64,000 bases of DNA from an uncultured delta proteobacterium (GTDB taxonomy: Bacteria > Myxococcota > Kuafuiibacteriia > Kuafuiibacteriales > Kuafuiibacteriaceae). The DNA lies in the NCBI GenBank assembly GCA_963803435.1, contig CAWDML010000004.1:32001-96000 (forward strand), written 5' to 3'. Under the pieces are notes generated by a model. The model had not been told where the DNA came from and did no database searches. It saw nothing but the letters and a program-made list of their open reading frames with translations. Shown piece by piece: positions 58,030-64,000 of the stretch (the stretch's first letter is position 1; every line of letters begins with the position of its first letter). The position numbers were made by a program, and so were the translations under genes.

Positions 58030-60342
58030 TCAAGAGCCGCTCGGCGCATCGGGTTCCTCCGTCTGCGCGACCGACGAGGGCTCAGGGTGAAGCCGCTGGT
58101 ACACCAGGTAGCTCTCCATGGCGCGGCGAACGTAAGCCCGCGTCTCGTCATACGGTATCCGCTCGATGAAGGCGTCGGGATCGAGCCCGTCGAAGCGGCG
58201 GCCCCAGCGGTCCATCGCCGCCGGCCCCGCGTTGTAGGCGCCGAGGGTCCGCGCCACCTCTCCGCGGTAGTGGTCCAGGAGGAACCGGATATACCACGCG
58301 CCCAGCCAGATGTTGGCCTCGGGCCGGCTGTAGCGCCGGGCGTGCAGGCGGGCGCGGCGATCCTTTCGCCCGATCCAGCGCGCCGTCTGCGGCATCAGCT
58401 GCATCAGCCCGCGCGCGCCGACCGGGCTGACCGCCTCGGGGCGGAACAGGCTCTCCGTCCGCATCACCGAATAGACCAGGTACGGATCGAGCCCGTTATC
58501 GTGCGTCGCCGTCTTCACCGCGTCGTCGAAGGGCGTCGGGAACGCGTGGCGCCAGACGCGCCAGTAGTAGGGCCGCCGCGCCAGATCGTCGGAGTCGTCG
58601 CCCTCGGTGATGTGCCGCGCCAGCAGGAATGCCCACGCGTCCTTTCCGAAGATCTGGAACAGGTCGACCACCATCGTCGCGCCCTGGGTATCGCCGTTCT
58701 TGCGGAACTCCTCGGAGAGACCGACCAGCTCCTCCACGCCCTCGCGCTTCAGGTGCGCGGCGAAGAGCGCCGCGGCGCGGTCCACACCGATCGGGCGATC
58801 GGGTCCCAGCAGCGACACCACCTCCTCGACGGTGTGTGGGCTCGGCACCGGAGGGAGCGGGTCGAGCGTCGCCGAGACGCCCATGCCGTGCAGGCGGCGC
58901 TCGGCGAGCAGGCCGTAGAAGCCGAGCGGGGCCCGTTGAACCATGTCGGCGTAGATCTCGCCGGCGCGATCGCGCGCGCCCACGATCTCGAGCTCGCGCG
59001 CCAGCCAGTAGCGCGCCCGGGGCGCCGTCGGATGATCCGGCTGCTCCGCCAGGAACTGCTCGAACGCCTCGATGGCGACGGAGCTGGTACCGGCCAGGTG
59101 GGCGGAGAAACCGGCCAGCCACGCCGCCTTGACCGCGAGCTTGCCCTCGGCGTGGCGCTCGGTGAACGCGCGCATCCGCGCCGAGGCCACCTCGTAGTTG
59201 TCGCAGTCGTACTCGAGCTCTGCGGCCTCGAACTCGGCCTCGATCGCCTCCGGCGAGCCGCGGAACTTCTCGATCACCTCGGCGAACTGCTGCCGCGCCT
59301 TACGGTACTGGAATCGATCCGTGGAGAGACGCGCCAGCCGGAGCATCGCTCCGGGCACCGGCGCCGGATCGCGACCCGCGGCCAGCTGCCGTAGGATCGT
59401 CTCCGCCTTGTTCCGCTCCCCGCGATCTCTGAGGAGGTCCGCCTCGAGGAGCGCCGCCTCGTGATCGTTCTTCTGCTTCCGCCGCCACTGCGCGATCGTC
59501 TGCTGGGCCTGGCGGAGGCGCCCCGTCCGCGCCAGCCAGTGGACCCGCCCCAGGAGCTTCGTCCGCTCGTCGGCGCGCGAGAGCCGGCGGCGACCGGACA
59601 TCGCGAGCAACGATCGCTCGGCCTTCTGCTCCACGCGCATGTTGGGATACTCGGAGATCACCGAGCGCAGGCTATCTTGCGCGTCGCGCGTGCGCCCGAT
59701 CGTGTGCAGGGTCTCGGCGCGCATGATCGCGAGGTCCCAGTCCGGGGCCTCGTCGTCGAGGGAGTCGATCAGGCCGTCGATGTATTCGAGCTGGGCCGTG
59801 GGCTCGCCGGCCTTCCCGAGGGCCGCGATCATCCCACGGGCCGCCTGCTCGCGGACCGCCGGGACGTTCGACTGTCGGATGGCGTCGAGGTAGGCCACCC
59901 GGGCCGCGTCGAGATCACCGAGCCGGACCTCCGCCTCCGCCTGGAGCAGCGCGATCCGGTCGGGGAACATGGTGTCGATCCGGCCGATCGCCTCGAGCCC
60001 CTTCTGGACCCGGCGCGGATTCGTGGACCGCAGTTTACGCCGGAGCTGGGGATAGCCGTCCTCGGGCTCGGTCCGGAGTACGTCGCTGTGGGCCCTGCGG
60101 ACCTGAAGGTCGGGAAGAACGGCGGGATGGTCGAGGGTGTCCGGTGCCTCCTCCTCGACGTCGAGGGGAAGCGGCTCCATCGCCGGCTTCGGCGCGCAGC
60201 CGAGGACGGCGACGGCGAGTATCTCCACCGCGAAGACCGAACGCCGCAAAGGTCTTCTTCCCAGGGTGTGGCGCGGTGCACCAACCGATCCACGGGAGCG
60301 CGCCACCACGTTCGCCGCCGAACCGGTGTGGGCGGCCCCCAC
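58030..60342 (-). CDS. Soluble lytic murein transglycosylase with TPR-like repeats (start uncertain)
   Basis: VMRTES.F...AVSPVGARGLMQLMP.TA, AYNAGP and IPY.ETR.YV; lipobox-like VLGC. Confidence 0.9.
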   Translation of the reverse strand: MGAAHTGSAANVVARSRGSVGAPRHTLGRRPLRRSVFAVEILAVAVLGCAPKPAMEPLPLDVEEEAPDTLDHPAVLPDLQVRRAHSDVLRTEPEDGYPQLRRKLRSTNPRRVQKGLEAIGRIDTMFPDRIALLQAEAEVRLGDLDAARVAYLDAIRQSNVPAVREQAARGMIAALGKAGEPTAQLEYIDGLIDSLDDEAPDWDLAIMRAETLHTIGRTRDAQDSLRSVISEYPNMRVEQKAERSLLAMSGRRRLSRADERTKLLGRVHWLARTGRLRQAQQTIAQWRRKQKNDHEAALLEADLLRDRGERNKAETILRQLAAGRDPAPVPGAMLRLARLSTDRFQYRKARQQFAEVIEKFRGSPEAIEAEFEAAELEYDCDNYEVASARMRAFTERHAEGKLAVKAAWLAGFSAHLAGTSSVAIEAFEQFLAEQPDHPTAPRARYWLARELEIVGARDRAGEIYADMVQRAPLGFYGLLAERRLHGMGVSATLDPLPPVPSPHTVEEVVSLLGPDRPIGVDRAAALFAAHLKREGVEELVGLSEEFRKNGDTQGATMVVDLFQIFGKDAWAFLLARHITEGDDSDDLARRPYYWRVWRHAFPTPFDDAVKTATHDNGLDPYLVYSVMRTESLFRPEAVSPVGARGLMQLMPQTARWIGRKDRRARLHARRYSRPEANIWLGAWYIRFLLDHYRGEVARTLGAYNAGPAAMDRWGRRFDGLDPDAFIERIPYDETRAYVRRAMESYLVYQRLHPEPSSVAQTEEPDAPSGS

Positions 60343-60382
60343 GCTGGGGACACGTCGCCCCCTTTCGGCTCAAGCGGGGTGC

Positions 60383-63022
<2,640 letters not shown>

Positions 63023-63031
63023 GAGGGCGAA

Positions 63032-63046
63032 ATCATACGCTATGTT
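63032..63046. promoter_or_regulatory. Putative back-to-back -10 boxes (TATGAT on -, TATGTT on +)
   Basis: Located in the 30-bp gap between divergent starts at 63022 and 63053; no SD on either side. Confidence 0.5.
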
Positions 63047-63052
63047 TTCGGG

Positions 63053-63811
63053 ATGAGGTGGCTGGTCGCGCTCGCCTCCGTGATGCTCGCGAGCGCGTGC
63101 GACGACCCGCCGTCGCTGCTCCCGGCGGAGACGCCCGTCTGCCTCCGCGAGGAAACGCCGACCACGTACGAGGTCTACTTCGCGATCGACGTCTCGGGAT
63201 CGATGGGACCGTTCCTCACCGACGTGAAGAACGAGCTGGTCGGGTTCGCGGATAGCCTGCCCAAGTTCGACGATCAGGGGCGCTCGACGCAGGTGCAGTT
63301 CTTCGTGATCGCCTTCGTCAACGACGTCCGCTGGTATCCGGACAACGTCCGGCGGCTCCGCCAGGTGTCGCAGGTGCAGGCCGCGTTCGAGTCGGCCATC
63401 GCCGACGGGGAGGGCAACCTCAACCTCAACACGGCCACTTCGAACGCGGAGACGCAGGAGAACCTGCTCGACGCGCTGAAGGCGGTGGTGGACAACCACC
63501 CCGCCGCCGACGCCAACCTGGTCCTGCTCGCCACCGACGCGGGGTTCGCCGAGGCCCCCGACGAGCTCTCGGGGAAGGTGAAGGTTCAATCGACGTACCC
63601 GGCGATCCTCAGCGGGCTCGAGGCGGCCTCGGTCCGGGTGCACGCCTTCGCGCGTCCCGGGACCGACGGCCTGACGCGGGGCTACGCCGGACATCCTGCG
63701 CTGACGTCGCTCCCGGGCTCGACGCAGCACGACATCACTTCCCTCGTAGGCGCGCGGGCGCAGATTCGGGAGACGCTCACCGTCATCGCCGAAAGCGCCG
63801 ACTGCAACTAG
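63053..63811 (+). CDS. VWA-domain lipoprotein
   Basis: Lipobox ASAC; MIDAS motif FAIDVSGSM; EN.LDAL; LLATDA. Confidence 0.85.
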   Translation: MRWLVALASVMLASACDDPPSLLPAETPVCLREETPTTYEVYFAIDVSGSMGPFLTDVKNELVGFADSLPKFDDQGRSTQVQFFVIAFVNDVRWYPDNVRRLRQVSQVQAAFESAIADGEGNLNLNTATSNAETQENLLDALKAVVDNHPAADANLVLLATDAGFAEAPDELSGKVKVQSTYPAILSGLEAASVRVHAFARPGTDGLTRGYAGHPALTSLPGSTQHDITSLVGARAQIRETLTVIAESADCN

Positions 63812-63897
63812 ATTTCGCTTCCCTCGGCGATTCCAATCTGAGAGGACTCGGGGAAACCTCCGCCGCGATCCGCGGTGGATTCTTAAGGGCATTGTTG

Positions 63898-64000
63898 ATG
63901 GGTACGAAGCTTTACGTAGGCAATCTGAACTACAACACGACAGAAGGAGAGCTCCGCGAGGTCTTTGCGGAAGACGGACGCCAGGTGCAGGAAGTCGCGA
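63898..64000 (+). CDS. RRM RNA-binding protein (partial, window edge)
   Basis: MGTKLYVGNLNYNTTEGELREVF contains RNP-2. Confidence 0.9.
   Translation, partial: MGTKLYVGNLNYNTTEGELREVFAEDGRQVQEVA

Noticed and set aside
63859-63879. Hairpin TCCGCCGCG-ATC-CGCGGTGGA before the RRM gene as a riboswitch or terminator
   Set aside because: It is a single GC-rich stem with no U-tract and no recognisable aptamer motif.
63023-63892. N-terminal 290-aa extension of the GH63 ORF (to 63892)
   Set aside because: It is antisense to the VWA lipoprotein; GH63 similarity begins at about 63022.

Overview
This is a high-GC bacterial window, Myxococcota-like judging by the cysteine-rich lipoproteins, DUF4215-type repeats, RpoH-like sigma factor and fimU-pilV-pilW-pilX-pilY1 cluster. 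It is mostly core and envelope genes: class I FBP aldolase, an HcrA-like molybdoenzyme subunit, class III FBPase, a Cus-type RND metal efflux operon, a CHASE2 cyclase, several proteases, nnr-tsaE, an S1 protein, a TMTC-like GT-C with two GT2 genes, a minor pilin/PilY1 cluster, FemAB-like/AsnB genes, a HEAT + HD-GYP pair, Slt and GH63. Several genes carry single-base indels that look like long-read errors. The most unusual signals are: (1) a 1.3-kb element (85-1401) with a CTAG duplication that preserves the stop codons of two convergent genes, about 60-65 bp inverted repeats built from GGGACC hexamers, and a four-helix-bundle (23S-IVP/Avd-like) gene remnant joined to an IS1182 transposase remnant; (2) an IS5-family element (56720-57675) whose ends also pair over about 70 bp; (3) a CxxCH motif and an AT-rich palindrome inside pilY1; (4) a HEAT protein and a degenerate HD-GYP protein that appear to share an N-terminal domain. 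No rRNA, tRNA or CRISPR array was seen. All calls come from motif recognition by eye; no database searches were run.
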